A DNA stretch of 64,000 nt from Octopus vulgaris (Eukaryota), in NCBI GenBank assembly GCA_951406725.2, contig OX597815.1, positions 212,908,001-212,972,000 on the forward strand. Direction: 5' to 3'. A program made the translations under genes and the position numbers. The notes beneath the pieces were generated by a model, which saw only the letters and a program-made list of their open reading frames with translations, was not told where the DNA came from and searched no databases. This document shows, piece by piece, positions 25,439 through 37,117 of this stretch (its first letter is position 1; each line of letters starts with the position of its first letter).

Positions 25439-27688
25439 TCATGTAAGAGTTTGGTTGTGTTAATTATTGGTTGTCACAAAATGCTACAAAACATATATAG
25501 TCTTTGGTAACAAGAACATGTTAAGGACATAAAAAAGTTTAACAAGTTCATTAAAATATTGGGCACAAAAGATTACAACATATATGTACATTCTCAAGAA
25601 AATGTTAAAGATAGTTTCCAGAAGGAATTATTAAAAAGTTCAGTGGAATATATTGGTATTGTATCTGTGTGAACACATTGATTTTACTTCCACTCCATTA
25701 AATTATATATCCAATGTTTGTCTAGGATATAAAAGTGCTGACAAGATATTTTCAAACCTTCTTTCATATATATACGATGGGCTTCTTTCAGTTTCTGTCT
25801 ACCAAATCCACTCACAAGGCTTTGGTTGGCCCGAGGCTATAGCAGAAGACACTTGCCCTAAGGTGCCACATAGTGGGACTGACCCGCAACCATGTGGTTC
25901 ATAAGCAAGCTACCTACCACACAGCCACTCCTACGCCTATACTATAAATATATTTAATCTTTATTTAAAAAAAAAACGCAGCCCCAAACTTCTGCTCTTT
26001 CATTCATTCATTCATCTAACAGATAAGTTGAATGCTTATTTATTATTTCACTTCCCCATCAATCATACATGCTTTCTTATCTATCTAACTATTTTTAACT
26101 AATTTCTATATCTATCTAATTATTTTAACTAATTTATCCATTACCCATCTCGCCTCTCGTGTATTCATCAACCATCGTGTATTTGCGGTGCACCCGCCCT
26201 GCCCACCCCCACCACCAATACTGGATATCTCTATATTTTTGCTCCATCCATACCGGATGTCGCTTCTCCCACCACCATAATAGGTGTCTACTCTTTGAAC
26301 CCCCTCTTCAATACGCTATTTCACCATGCATTACCCCTCTCTTGATATCCTACGTTCTACTTGCCTAGAACCTGTCATCATTTCTCTGAACCACCCCTCC
26401 CCACTGGTGCGCCCCTATATTTCTGCACCCCCCCCACATAAAAAAAGCACCATCCGAACGTGGCCGATGCCAGACCCCTCTGGCACCTGTGCAGGTGGCA
26501 CGTAAAAAACACCCACTACACTCGCGGAGTGGTTGGCGTTAGGAAGGGCATCCAGCTGTAGAAACTCTGCCAGACTAGACTGGAGCCTGGGGCAGTCCCT
26601 TGCTCCCCAGACCCCGGTCGAAACCGTCCAACCCGTGCTAGCGCGGAAAACGGACGTTAAACGATGATGATGATGATGATGACTGTATAGATATATGAGA
26701 ACATTATATATATTTTTATATATATATATATATATATACATGAGAACATTTCGTAAACAAACTTAGAAGTCTCAAGTGAGTTGATATTCTACAGAAAATA
26801 AGGAAATTCTTGAACACAGGTTGGCTGTGATGACAGCTAAGAAAATCAAGTAAATACTCTTCAGGAGGTAGGAATAAGTGGCCAGCAACCCTCTACAGAG
26901 AATTGAATCCTTTACCTCTCAAATTTCAACTGAATGCTTTGAACCATTAAGCTTAGTAAGAGTCCCCTGACCTATATCTCTCTCTCTCTACACACACACA
27001 CCCATACACATACACATGCACATGTATATGTGTGTGTGTATATGTGTATGTATATATATATATCATCATCATCATCATCATCATCATTTAGCGTCCGTTT
27101 TCCATGCTAGCATGGGTTGGACGGTTTAACTGGGGTCTGTGAAGCTGGAAGGCTTCGTCAGGCCCAGTCAGATCTGGCAGTGTTTCTACGGCTGGATGCC
27201 CTTCCTAACGCCAACCACTCCGCGAGTGTAGTGGGTGTTTTTTATGTGCCACCTGCACAGGTGCCAGAGGGGTTATATATACATATGTATACATATATAT
27301 ACATATATATATACATTTTTATATTTCAGGATGGTTTTTTCTTTTCATGCACTAAATATTTACTCTTCACTCATTTATTAATATTCTTATTTTGTCTTAT
27401 ATCCATTGTTCAGAAATCTTTCATCACACATCTGCGACCTCTTCAGCAAGCTTTTCCATCCTCATGTATTCTCCTGCTCTGCTTAGAAGGACAGAAAGGG
27501 TTGCTAAAGAGGTCACAGATGTGGATGAAAGATTTCGAGACATCAGATAAAATAAGAACAGTAATAATTGAGTGAATATAGAACATGTGTTTATTTGGAA
27601 AAAAACAAAGTAACTAGGCCAGACTGTAATAATATCTGTTTCCACACATGGTTTCACATCAGGAATCTTGCAATACAAATTCATAAAC

Positions 27689-27728
<40 letters not shown>

Positions 27729-27781
27729 GTTTAAATATTTGTTGTGCAAGATTTTTTATGTGAAGTCGTGTGTTGAAACAG

Positions 27782-28143
27782 ATATTGTTATATTTCGGAA
27801 TGGTCATATTGCCAGTTTAGCCAATAAAAACACACGCACTATATATTTGGTGTTATTTTGCTTCAGTGATATTTATTTTTTACATTAATCTTAATCTTAT
27901 TTCGGCCAAAGTTCTTTCGTCACACTCCTGTGACCGCATCAGTGGTCCTTTGTTTTCTTCTCAAGAGAAAACAAAGGACCACTGATGCGGTCACAGGAGT
28001 GTGACGAGAAGAACTTTGGCCGAAATAAGATTAGGATTAATGTAAAAAATAAATATCACTGAAGCAAAATAACACCAAATATATAGTGCGTGTGTTTTTA
28101 TTGGCTAAACTGGCAATATGACCATTCCGAAATATAACAATAT
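27782..28143. repeat. near-perfect long palindrome (arms about 177 bp)
   Basis: arms are reverse complements with about 2 differences; spacer of about 7 nt near 27959-27965. Confidence 0.95.
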
Positions 28144-28177
28144 ATATATATTTATATGTGTATATATATATATATAG

Positions 28178-29249
28178 GTCTCACTTTTGGTCTCACCAAG
28201 GAAATGACCAGTGACCGAGACCTTTGGAGGTATGCTGTGCGTGAGAAAACCCGGCAAGACCAGTGAGAACAGTCAAAATCAAGATCAAACCAAATTGAGG
28301 TCGATCAACATCAGGGCCCCCGTGCAGGTGACATGTAAAAGCACCATCCGTTCGTAGCCGTTTGCCAGCCCTGTCTGGCCCCCGTGTCGGTGGCACATAA
28401 AAGCACCATCCGTTCGTGTCCGTTGCCAGCCTGGCCTGGCCCCCGTGCCGGTGACACGTAAAAGCACCATCCATTTGTGGCCGTTTGCCAGCTCTGTCTG
28501 GCCCCCGTGCCGGTGACACGTAAAAGCACCATCCGTTCATGGCCGTTTGCCAGCTCTGTCTGGCCCCCGTGCCGGTGACACATAAAAGCACCATCCGTTC
28601 GTGGCCGTTTGCCAGCCTGTCTGGCCCCCATGTCGGTGACATGTAAAAGCACCATCCGTTTGTGGCCGTTTGCCAGCCCTGTCTGGCCCCCATGTCGGTG
28701 ACATGTAAAAGCACCATCCGTTCATAGCCGTTTGCCAGCCCTGTCTGGCCCCCATGTCGGTGACATGTAAAAGCACCATCCGTTCATGTCTGTTGCCAGC
28801 CTCGTCTGGCCCCCGTGCCGGTGACACGTAAAAGCACCATCCGTTCGTGGCCGTTGCCAGCCTCGCCTGGCCCCTGTGCCGGTGACACATAAAAGCACCA
28901 TCCGTTTGTGGCCGTTTGCCAGCTCTGTCTGGCCCCCGTGTTGGTGGCACATAAAAGCACTATCCGTTCGTGTCCGTTGCCAGCCTCGCCTGGCTCTGTG
29001 CCGGTGACATGTAAAAGCACCATCCGTTCGTGGCCGTTTGCCAGCTCTGTCTGGCACCTGTGCGGGTGGCACGTAAAAAGCACCCACTACACTCACGGAG
29101 TGGTTGGCGTTAGGAAGGGCATCCAGCCGTAGAAACACTGCCAGATCTGACTGGACCTGATGAAGCCTTCCAGCTTCACAGACCCCAGTTGAACCGTCCA
29201 ACCCATGCTAGCATGGAGAACGGACGCTAAATGATGATGATGATGATGA

Positions 29250-29252
<3 letters not shown>
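28178..29252 (+). mobile_element. RTE-type LINE 3' end carrying an expanded minisatellite
   Basis: same ORF end and (GAT)n tail as the 62568 copy; about 12-13 tandem ~59-bp units at 28320-29075. Confidence 0.82.
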
Positions 29253-29289
<37 letters not shown>

Positions 29290-30282
29290 GTTTATGAATT
29301 TGTATTGCAAGATTCCTGATGTGAAACCATGTGTGGAAACAGATATTATTACAGTCTGGCCTAGTTACTTTGTTTTTTTTCCAAATAAACACATGTTCTA
29401 TATTCACTCAATTATTACTGTTCTTATTTTATCTGATGTCTCGAAATCTTTCATCCACATCTGTGACCTCTTTAGCAACCCTTTCTGTCCTTCTAAGCAG
29501 AGCAGGAGAATACATGAGGATGGAAAAGCTTGCTAAAGAGGTCACAGATGTGTGATGAAAGATTTCTGAACAATGGATATAAGACAAAATAAGAATATTA
29601 ATAAATGAGTGAAGAGTAAATATTTAGTGCATGAAAAGAAAAAACCATCCTGAAATATAAAAATGTATATATATGTATATATATGTATATATATGTATAC
29701 ATATGTATACATATGTATATATAACCCCTGCTAACCCTCCTACTTCCTCCCTCTAATATGGCTAAGTCTCCACATTTAACCATTTCCCCTTTGAAGTTCT
29801 CTGCATTATGATCTGAAATGTAAGATGTTTTTTTTACCCTGATTACTGAGGCTCTTTTGTCCAATGTTGATTCCATTACAGTCGCATATTGTGATGTCTA
29901 CCAACATTATGATGGATCTCCAATCCCTCAGAAACAACTGTTGGTCTTTTAACACTTTTCTTCCTCCTCTTTAATTTTCTCTGTTGTTAGTATTCTGACA
30001 CCCCTGGGGGATTGGAAGAATGAACTAGCTGAACTCTTATAAAGTGTAGCATATTGGTTGCGATGAAGAGGTCGGCAGGAGTTGTTGAGAGAGTGTTTTG
30101 GAGTCTCGTGAAGTACATCATGTGAACACATTGATTTTTCTTCCACTCCATTAAATTATATATCCAATGTTTGTCTAGGATATAAAAGTAGTGACAAGAT
30201 ATTTGAAGCTTGTGTCAGACATTAAAAAGTTTTTTGGTACGAAATCAAAAAAAAAAATCAACATGGAAGATTTATTGGCTTG

Positions 30283-30688
30283 TGTCATGTGATGTTGTGT
30301 TGGGTCTGCCCCTCTGGTGAATCCCTGACATGTCATGTTATGGACTGGCCCTGCCCATCTGGCGAATCTCCGACTTGTCATGTAATGTTATGGGTTGGCC
30401 CTGCCCCTCTGGCGAATTTTCGACATGTCATGTAATGTTATGGATTGGCCCTGCTCCTCTGGCAAATCTCTGGCATGTCATGTAATGTTATGGATTGGCC
30501 CTGCCTCTCTGGCGAATCTCCGACATGTCATGTAATGTTATGGGTTGGGTCTACCCCTCTGGCAAATCCCTAACATTTCATGTAATGTTATAGGTTGGGT
30601 CTGCCCCTCTGGCAAATCCCATACATGTCATGTAATGTTATGGATTGGTCCTGCCCTGGCAAATCCCCCACCCCAACGTGTCATGTCT
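30283..30688. repeat. ~50-bp minisatellite, about 8 units
   Basis: unit TGTCATGTAATGTTATGGATTGGCCCTGCCCCTCTGGCGAATCTCCGACA. Confidence 0.92.
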
Positions 30689-30699
30689 TTTTGGCATTG

Positions 30700-31165
30700 A
30701 ACTGATGAGCTTTGTGGAATTTCTGCCCACTTTTCATGCAACAATCGAAAGAATTTTTTAGATTTAGGAGAGGTTTTCTTCTAGCGGCTCGTCCATATTA
30801 TCCAAGCTTATGCAGATATGTAACACACATTCTTGGACTAACTTCTAGCTGTTTTGCAATATCAGAAGCCTTTGAACCGGGTTCATTTTCTACAATTCTC
30901 TTCAAACAGTGAAGCTTCCTTTCCAAGGGCCCAGGTCGGACAGGACGAGAATCTGTTGATTCTTTCCTTGGTTTTTGAATTGCACTATAATTCTATTTAC
31001 AGTAGTAAGAGGAATTTGAAGATTTTCAGCAATTTTTCGCTGGCAAAGACCAGCCTCAGGTTGCCCAACAATACGACCTCTTTGAAAATCTGACAGTTCT
31101 GCTGAATTTTTTGTGCATGGCATGGTTACTCTTTGCAAATGTTTAATATAATGGCACCTGGAATG
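30700..31165 (-). mobile_element. Tc1-like transposase N-terminal relic
   Basis: ELSDFQRGRIVG...GLCQRKIAENLQIPLTTVNRII paired-like HTH, with frameshifts downstream. Confidence 0.7.
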
Positions 31166-31405
31166 AAAAAGAATAATTACATTGTGGGTTTGTCTGTCTG
31201 TGTTTGTCCCCCACCATTGATTAACAACTTATGTTGGTGTGTTTATGTTTTCTGTACATTAGCGGTTCGGCAAGGGAGACCGATGAAATGAGTACTAGGC
31301 TTACAAAGAATAAGTCCTGGGGTTGATTTGTTTGACTAAAAAGCAATGCTCCAGCATGGCCACAGTCAAATGACTGAAACAAGTAAAAGAATAAAAAAAC
31401 ATATA

Positions 31406-31622
31406 TACACAAGTGGTACTGAAAAGTTCCCGACGTTAAGGGTATCACAAAAAAGTGTGGTTGGAGTCCCAGCCTTCTGAGTTCTTTTACAGGGATTAGA
31501 AAAATTGAAGGGCCACTGCAATAAGCATGCGAGTCTGAGAATGGAATATGCTGAATAAGATCTTAAGTAACTGATCCACCTATATTTCCTTTTACCCAAA
31601 GCCAAGAACTTTTCAGACGCCC

Positions 31623-31629
<7 letters not shown>
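31406..31629 (+). mobile_element. degenerate mariner-derived MITE
   Basis: imperfect TIRs (CTGAAAAGTTC and GAACTTTTCAG) bounded by TA. Confidence 0.55.
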
Positions 31630-31680
<51 letters not shown>

Positions 31681-31686
<6 letters not shown>

Positions 31687-32250
31687 GCTGTCCGGAAAGT
31701 TCATGCCGATTTATAGTAGTTTACCTTTCAACTTATTTTAGAACATGGTTGAGTCCATAAAATAGGATTTGACTACACCTCCATTTAGAGCACAGTTTAA
31801 GCTATCTTTTCGTGGAAGAAGATTTATGTTTCTATAACCTGTGTTAATTCTGTGAGCCTTTAAAATGGAAGATAAGGAAGTTCATTTTCGGCACTTGATG
31901 CTTTGGGAACCAGACAAAAATTGCTGCAGCTCAGCTGGGATGTGTTACCTCACCCTCCATATTCACCGGATATTGCTCCTTCGGATTGCCACTTATTTAG
32001 GTCTCTGCAGAATAGTCTTAATGGTAAACATTTCAGTTCCTTGGATGACGTAAAAAGATACCTTGATGAATTCTTTGCCATGAAACCACCTCAATTCTGG
32101 GAAGAGGGTATTTTCAAGTTAAAGGAAAGATGGAGACGCATTGAGCAACAAAATGGTTCATATTTGGTTGATTAAAAATGTAATGGCAAGTATTTATTGA
32201 CCTCTTTCTTTCCTTTAAAAATCGGCATGAACTTTCCGGACAACCCAATA
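31681..32250 (+). mobile_element. internally deleted mariner element
   Basis: About 30-bp TIRs TATTGGGCTGTCCGGAAAGTTCATGCCGATTT and AAATCGGCATGAACTTTCCGGACAACCCAATA; transposase N-terminus (MEDKEVHFRHLML) is joined to the C-terminus (PHPPYSPDIAPSDCHLFRSLQ). Confidence 0.93.
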
Positions 32251-32597
32251 TATTTCGTTTTGGGATTTGGTTTGCAAGATTCTTTATGTGAGTTTGTGTG
32301 TTGAAGCATATTCTGTTGTGTCTGGGGAGGGTCATTCTCTGTTGGTGCCTGGTGGTTTAGCACACTCACCGGTAAAATTTCCACTTATTTATTTTTTATT
32401 TTTCTAAAATTTTCGTTGCGTCGTGCAACTTTTTCAATAGTTTTGACAGTCAAAAGGGTCGCAGGACGCAGCAGGAGTTTTGGAGGAATGAGGGGGAAAT
32501 GGGTGGAAGTTTTACTGTTGAGTGTGTTGAGTTGTAGGGCACCAAAGGAGAGAGACTCTCCTCAGACACAACAGTATATATTTATGATATATATTAT

Positions 32598-33004
32598 AGG
32601 CGCAGGAGTGGCAGTGTGGTAAGTAGCTTGCTAACCAACCACATGGTTCCGGGTTCAGTCCCACTGCGTGGCATCTTGGGCAAGTGTCTTCTGCTATAGC
32701 CCTGGGCCAACCAATGCCTTGTGAGTGGATTTGGTAGACGGAAACTGAAAGCAGCCTGTCGTATATATGTATATATATATATGTGTGTATATGTTTGTGT
32801 GTCTGTGTTTGTCCCCCTAGCATTGCTTGACAACTGATGCTGGTGTGTTTACGTCTCCGTCACTTAGCGGTTCGGCAAAAGAGACCGATAGAATAAGTAC
32901 TGGGCTTACAAAGAATAAGTCCCGGGGTCGATTTGCTCGACTAAAGGCGGTGCTCCAGCATGGCCGCAGTCAAAATGACTGAAACAAGTAAAAGAGTAAA
33001 AGAG
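32598..33004 (+). mobile_element. near full-length tRNA-derived SINE of the dominant family
   Basis: TGGCAGTGTGG A-box, GGTTCAGTCCC B-box, central microsatellite, tail GAAACAAGTAAAAGAG; many other copies (e.g. 236-385, 4655-5055, 10340-10710, 25770-25940, 37910-38360). Confidence 0.85.
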
Positions 33005-33065
33005 ATATATTCATAGTATATAATATATAATAACATGTAATATACTTCTATTTGGACATATTTAG

Positions 33066-33115
33066 ATAATCATCCAGAAAAATACCATGTAGTTGAAGCT
33101 GAGAAGCCAGCCAAG
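33066..33115 (+). CDS. myosin tail linker exon
   Basis: tttAG and GTaat; (N)NHPEKYHVVEAEKPAK; phase 1 to 0 exactly bridges the flanking exons, but no conserved motif. Confidence 0.72.
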
Positions 33116-33290
33116 GTAATCTTGTTTCTTCATTGCACCCTTTATTTACCTCTCCCTCTTTTACACACACACACACACACACATTGTGTGCACACACATA
33201 TGTTAACCTTCAGCAGCATTTATTTCTAATCTTGAAATTTTAAAAAAAACCCAAAGAATGGAAACTGCAATTTGTGTTATTTATTTGCAG

Positions 33291-33445
33291 CCAGAGCCAT
33301 CGGAGGAAGACCTTAAGTCAAGCCGACGTGACGCTCACACCTCATCTTTGAAATCAGTTGATTGGTTTGTCAAAACTCAGGTGGATGAAGTGAAAAACAC
33401 TTCAGGAGATTTTGCAGCTTGGTTTCATGGCATTATAAGTCGCAG
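33291..33445 (+). CDS. myosin tail exon, start of SH2 domain
   Basis: tttgcAG and GTaaat; ...SVDWFVKTQVDEVKNTSGDFAAWFHGIISR (SH2 WFHG.ISR); phase 0 to 2. Confidence 0.92.
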
Positions 33446-34633
33446 GTAAATCTGTAATCTTAATCATTAAATTTCCTTTTGAAAAATGTTATATCTTGAA
33501 TATATTTGGAGCTAGTTGTTTTCTTTCAGTTTTGATTTACATATTTACAGTTGCATAAAATTTCCATTTTAGGCATAAACTTGCACAGGTTTGTTTCGAC
33601 CCTTTAGAATTGGAATTTTTGAAAAGTAAAAGTCTTGCATTATGTAGCTTGTAACTCTCTTTAAGTGAACATTTTTCTGGTTGAAATACACCGAAAAATG
33701 GCGACACAGCAGTCAAAAAATCGTAAAAAATAGGGATTTTCATAGAAAAAAAGCACCGTTTTGATGTAAATAATTTTTGGTTTTAACATGGTCCGATTTG
33801 ATTTTTTTCTTCTACGAAAGGAAGAGCAAGCCTTCTTCTATCATACTCTCAATTTTGGTAAACTTGCACCGCAGAGTCTCGGAGGAGATAGTGTTAGTTG
33901 AAGACTACCAAACCTGCCATACACAGACAACTTCAGCTTTATATATAGAGAGATATGTGGCATTAACAATTGCAAGATTGTGGTTTTGATTCTCCAATTG
34001 GCAGTGTGTTGTGTTTGTGAGCAAAACACCTTCATTTCATATTGCTCCAGACCACTTAGTTGCAAATGGTTTACCCTGTGATGGACTGGTACCTCATTCA
34101 GGTGGAATGTTGACCTGCCTACCTAATCAATGGGGTGGTATCATTTGAAAGCTACAACAATGCAAGGAAGTGTCTTGTGACCAGTGATGTAATACCACAT
34201 CCAACAATCTGGTTGATACAACGATACAATAATAATTACCACAACCTCTCAGATAACAGCTCTGAATAGATTAGAAAATTAAAACCACGTGAGTTACAAG
34301 AAAAAAAAATGAACGTGTAAGCAAGTTATAAATAATAGTAACTGAAGAAAACTTGTAAATATATTAATGGAAACATAATGTTTATGTTTATGTTTTTCCC
34401 CCCAAAAGAGACTGATAGAATAAGACAACATATTTTGACTATTTAATCTATTCAAACTGTACAACAGTTCATACATATAGCATGCTAATCAGTCAGCTTA
34501 TATTTATTAGATTACACCACTGAAATATCTTATTATATTGTATACTCAAGATTAAAAACCATAGATTAATTAAAACCACCGCTGCATCCATATTTCAAAG
34601 ATGGATTTAAAACACAAAATTTTTTTTTTCCAG

Positions 34634-34723
34634 AAAAGCAGAAGAACTATTAGAGCATTGTTGTCTTGGAGCTTTTCTCGTGAGAGTCAGTGAAAGTCGA
34701 TTTGGTTACTCCTTATCAATCAG
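34634..34723 (+). CDS. SH2 domain core exon
   Basis: ttttccAG and GTaagg; (R)KAEELLEHCCLGAFLVRVSESRFGYSLSI(R), with the FLVR phosphotyrosine-binding motif. Confidence 0.95.
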
Positions 34724-34999
34724 GTAAGGATAGTTCTGGTTAATTCTCAATATACTTTCAAAAACAATTGAAATTGTGCAGATGACCTAAAAGATTGATA
34801 CAAAAAAACAAGGTATTGCTTTAAAATAACACCTGGTGTGTTGACCCCAGAGTCACTGCTAATGACAGTATTGGATAGGATTACTAACGTTATTCTAGAT
34901 CAAGTATTATAAACATTTGTAATGAAATACATATGAATCAGTTAATGACATAACTGTGTGCATGAGTGTGTGCATGTACATGTGATTTTTTTATTTCCC

Positions 35000-35575
35000 A
35001 CAAGGGGACAACATAGATAAGGGACAATACAATCTGATTGAGGTCAGATGGACGGATGGATATAACATAAAGATGACATTAAAAATTCACAAAAACATAA
35101 ATAGATCGAATGATAGGACAGACCGGAGACATTACGGATGGAGTGGGGGGAGAGGCGGGTTCAGTTCAGACCCCACGGGGCCCCACCTCACCACTGACAC
35201 CTGAGATACATCCTGCGTCGCATTCATGAGGTTACATTCACTCGCAACATCCGCGCTACATTCTTCCATTGATTTTCAAACATTTTCACAGTCAGGCATT
35301 TTCTTTCCAGCCCTATTTTCCTTTTAAGGTGAAAGGTGAAATAATTCACCAAATTACGGCCGGAGATGAAAGCGCCTGACTTTAATCCTTTCTGTTTCGT
35401 CTTCCAAATCACTTCTCTCGCAATTGCTACTACAATGAGAAAACAATTCTTACCTTCTTTCGAAAGGAAATCAGGTGGGGCAATTTTTACTATAGACTCA
35501 GTCGATAGCTGTACTCTTCGAGTACTTGACAACAGTTGTTCAGCATAAACCCACACGTCTGACACCTCCTGTGGG
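35000..35575 (-). mobile_element. L1/Tx1-like LINE 3' end
   Basis: FLIVVAIAREVIWKT...FENQW C-terminal motif typical of Tx1-type ORF2 ends. Confidence 0.6.
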
Positions 35576-36870
35576 TGTGTGTATGGGGTGGGGTGGGGTG
35601 GAGAGAGAGAATGCATTTGTTTGCTAATTAGTTCCTTTCTTTAGCTCAAACAGCACCTTACCAATAAAGTCAGTCACTTCAAGGTGAAGCAGTTAAGCGT
35701 ACTGCTTGGTCCTTATCCAGACAGGAATACAGAATGTCTGAAATGGAGGACATAGATTACTTTTGAGCATTTTGCAGAGCTGCTGACTAAGACGACTGAA
35801 CTATCAAACAAGAATAATTAGAGAAAACAAATGTTTCTGACTTTTGGCTCAAGGTCAGCAATTTTAAGGGAAAATGGTTGGTCAAGCCATTTACTTTGGT
35901 CCTGATACTTTATTTAATCAACCCTGGAGAGATAAAAGCAAAGTTGACCTCAGCAGGATTTGAACTTGCAATGTAAAGAACAGGGATAAATGCAAGTCAT
36001 TTCCCATGGTACTCTAATGATTTTACTATAATAATAATAATAATAATAATAAAACTACAACCATGACTTGTAATTGTTTTAAGTGCTCATATGGTTGTGA
36101 GTAGACACAGAAGCTCTCCCAGACCCCGTGTCCTTGATTCAGAAAAACATTCAGGATGTGAGAGTTAAAGAGAGAGATATTTGCACTAAAATTGACCTGG
36201 TACTTTTGTCAACAACTCTGAAAGGTTTAAAGAAACAGTAGACCTCACCAGGAATTGAATTAAGAGTGCTGGAAGCTCTAATAAATATTGCAAGCCATCC
36301 TATTAACATTCTACTAAGTCTACTAATCACATGTCTTTTAAACTAATAATGTTTTTGAATTTTGCCACAAAGCCAGCAATTTTAGGGGGAAGAGGATTAA
36401 TTATTTATATTGACCTCAGTATTTGACTGGTACTTTATTTTATCAACTCTAAGAGAATGAAAGGCAAAGTGCATATTGGCTAGATTTGAACTCAGAATGT
36501 AAAGATCCAGAATAAATGCCATTGAGTATTTTGTCTGATATGATAACAATTCTACCATCTTACCACTCCCTTTTATACTACTTCTGATATTGGTTTCAAA
36601 TTTTGGTACAAGACCAGCAAGCTTCATGGAGGATTTTAGTGAATTAGACCTCCCCCCCCCCCAGTGTTCAACAAGTACTTATTTTATTAACCCTGAAAGG
36701 ATGAAAGGCCAAAGTCAATCTCGACAGAATTTAAACTCAGGATGGAAAGACCAGACAAAATGAGACTAAGCATTTTGCCCAGTGCACTAACGATTCTGTC
36801 GGTTCACTGCCCTCGTACCACTACTAATATTATCAGAAGGTATAATTAAAAAGTTTGTATTATAAGCTTT

Positions 36871-36905
<35 letters not shown>

Positions 36906-37019
36906 GGGGATGCAAAGTAGTTGGGGGATTTGAAAGTATTTGCAATTTATTCTTATCTTTTCCATTATTTTCAACTGGGTTTTTTTTTCAGTTCTATATT
37001 TAAGAGATGAGGAATTATG

Positions 37020-37117
37020 TACATTTTTTTACATTCGACGGATATTTGTCCTCATTTTGTTTGTTGTTAACAACAAACAAAATGAGGACAAATATCCGTC
37101 GAATGTAAAAAAATGTA
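37020..37117. repeat. perfect 98-bp palindrome with no spacer
   Basis: TACATTTTTTTACATTCGACGGATATTTGTCCTCATTTTGTTTGTTGTT followed by its exact reverse complement. Confidence 0.95.

Noticed and set aside
28193-29201. Overlapping repetitive ORFs, or a CRISPR-like array
   Set aside because: These are translations of a 59-bp minisatellite in a LINE tail; there are no unique spacers and no cas genes, and the context is eukaryotic
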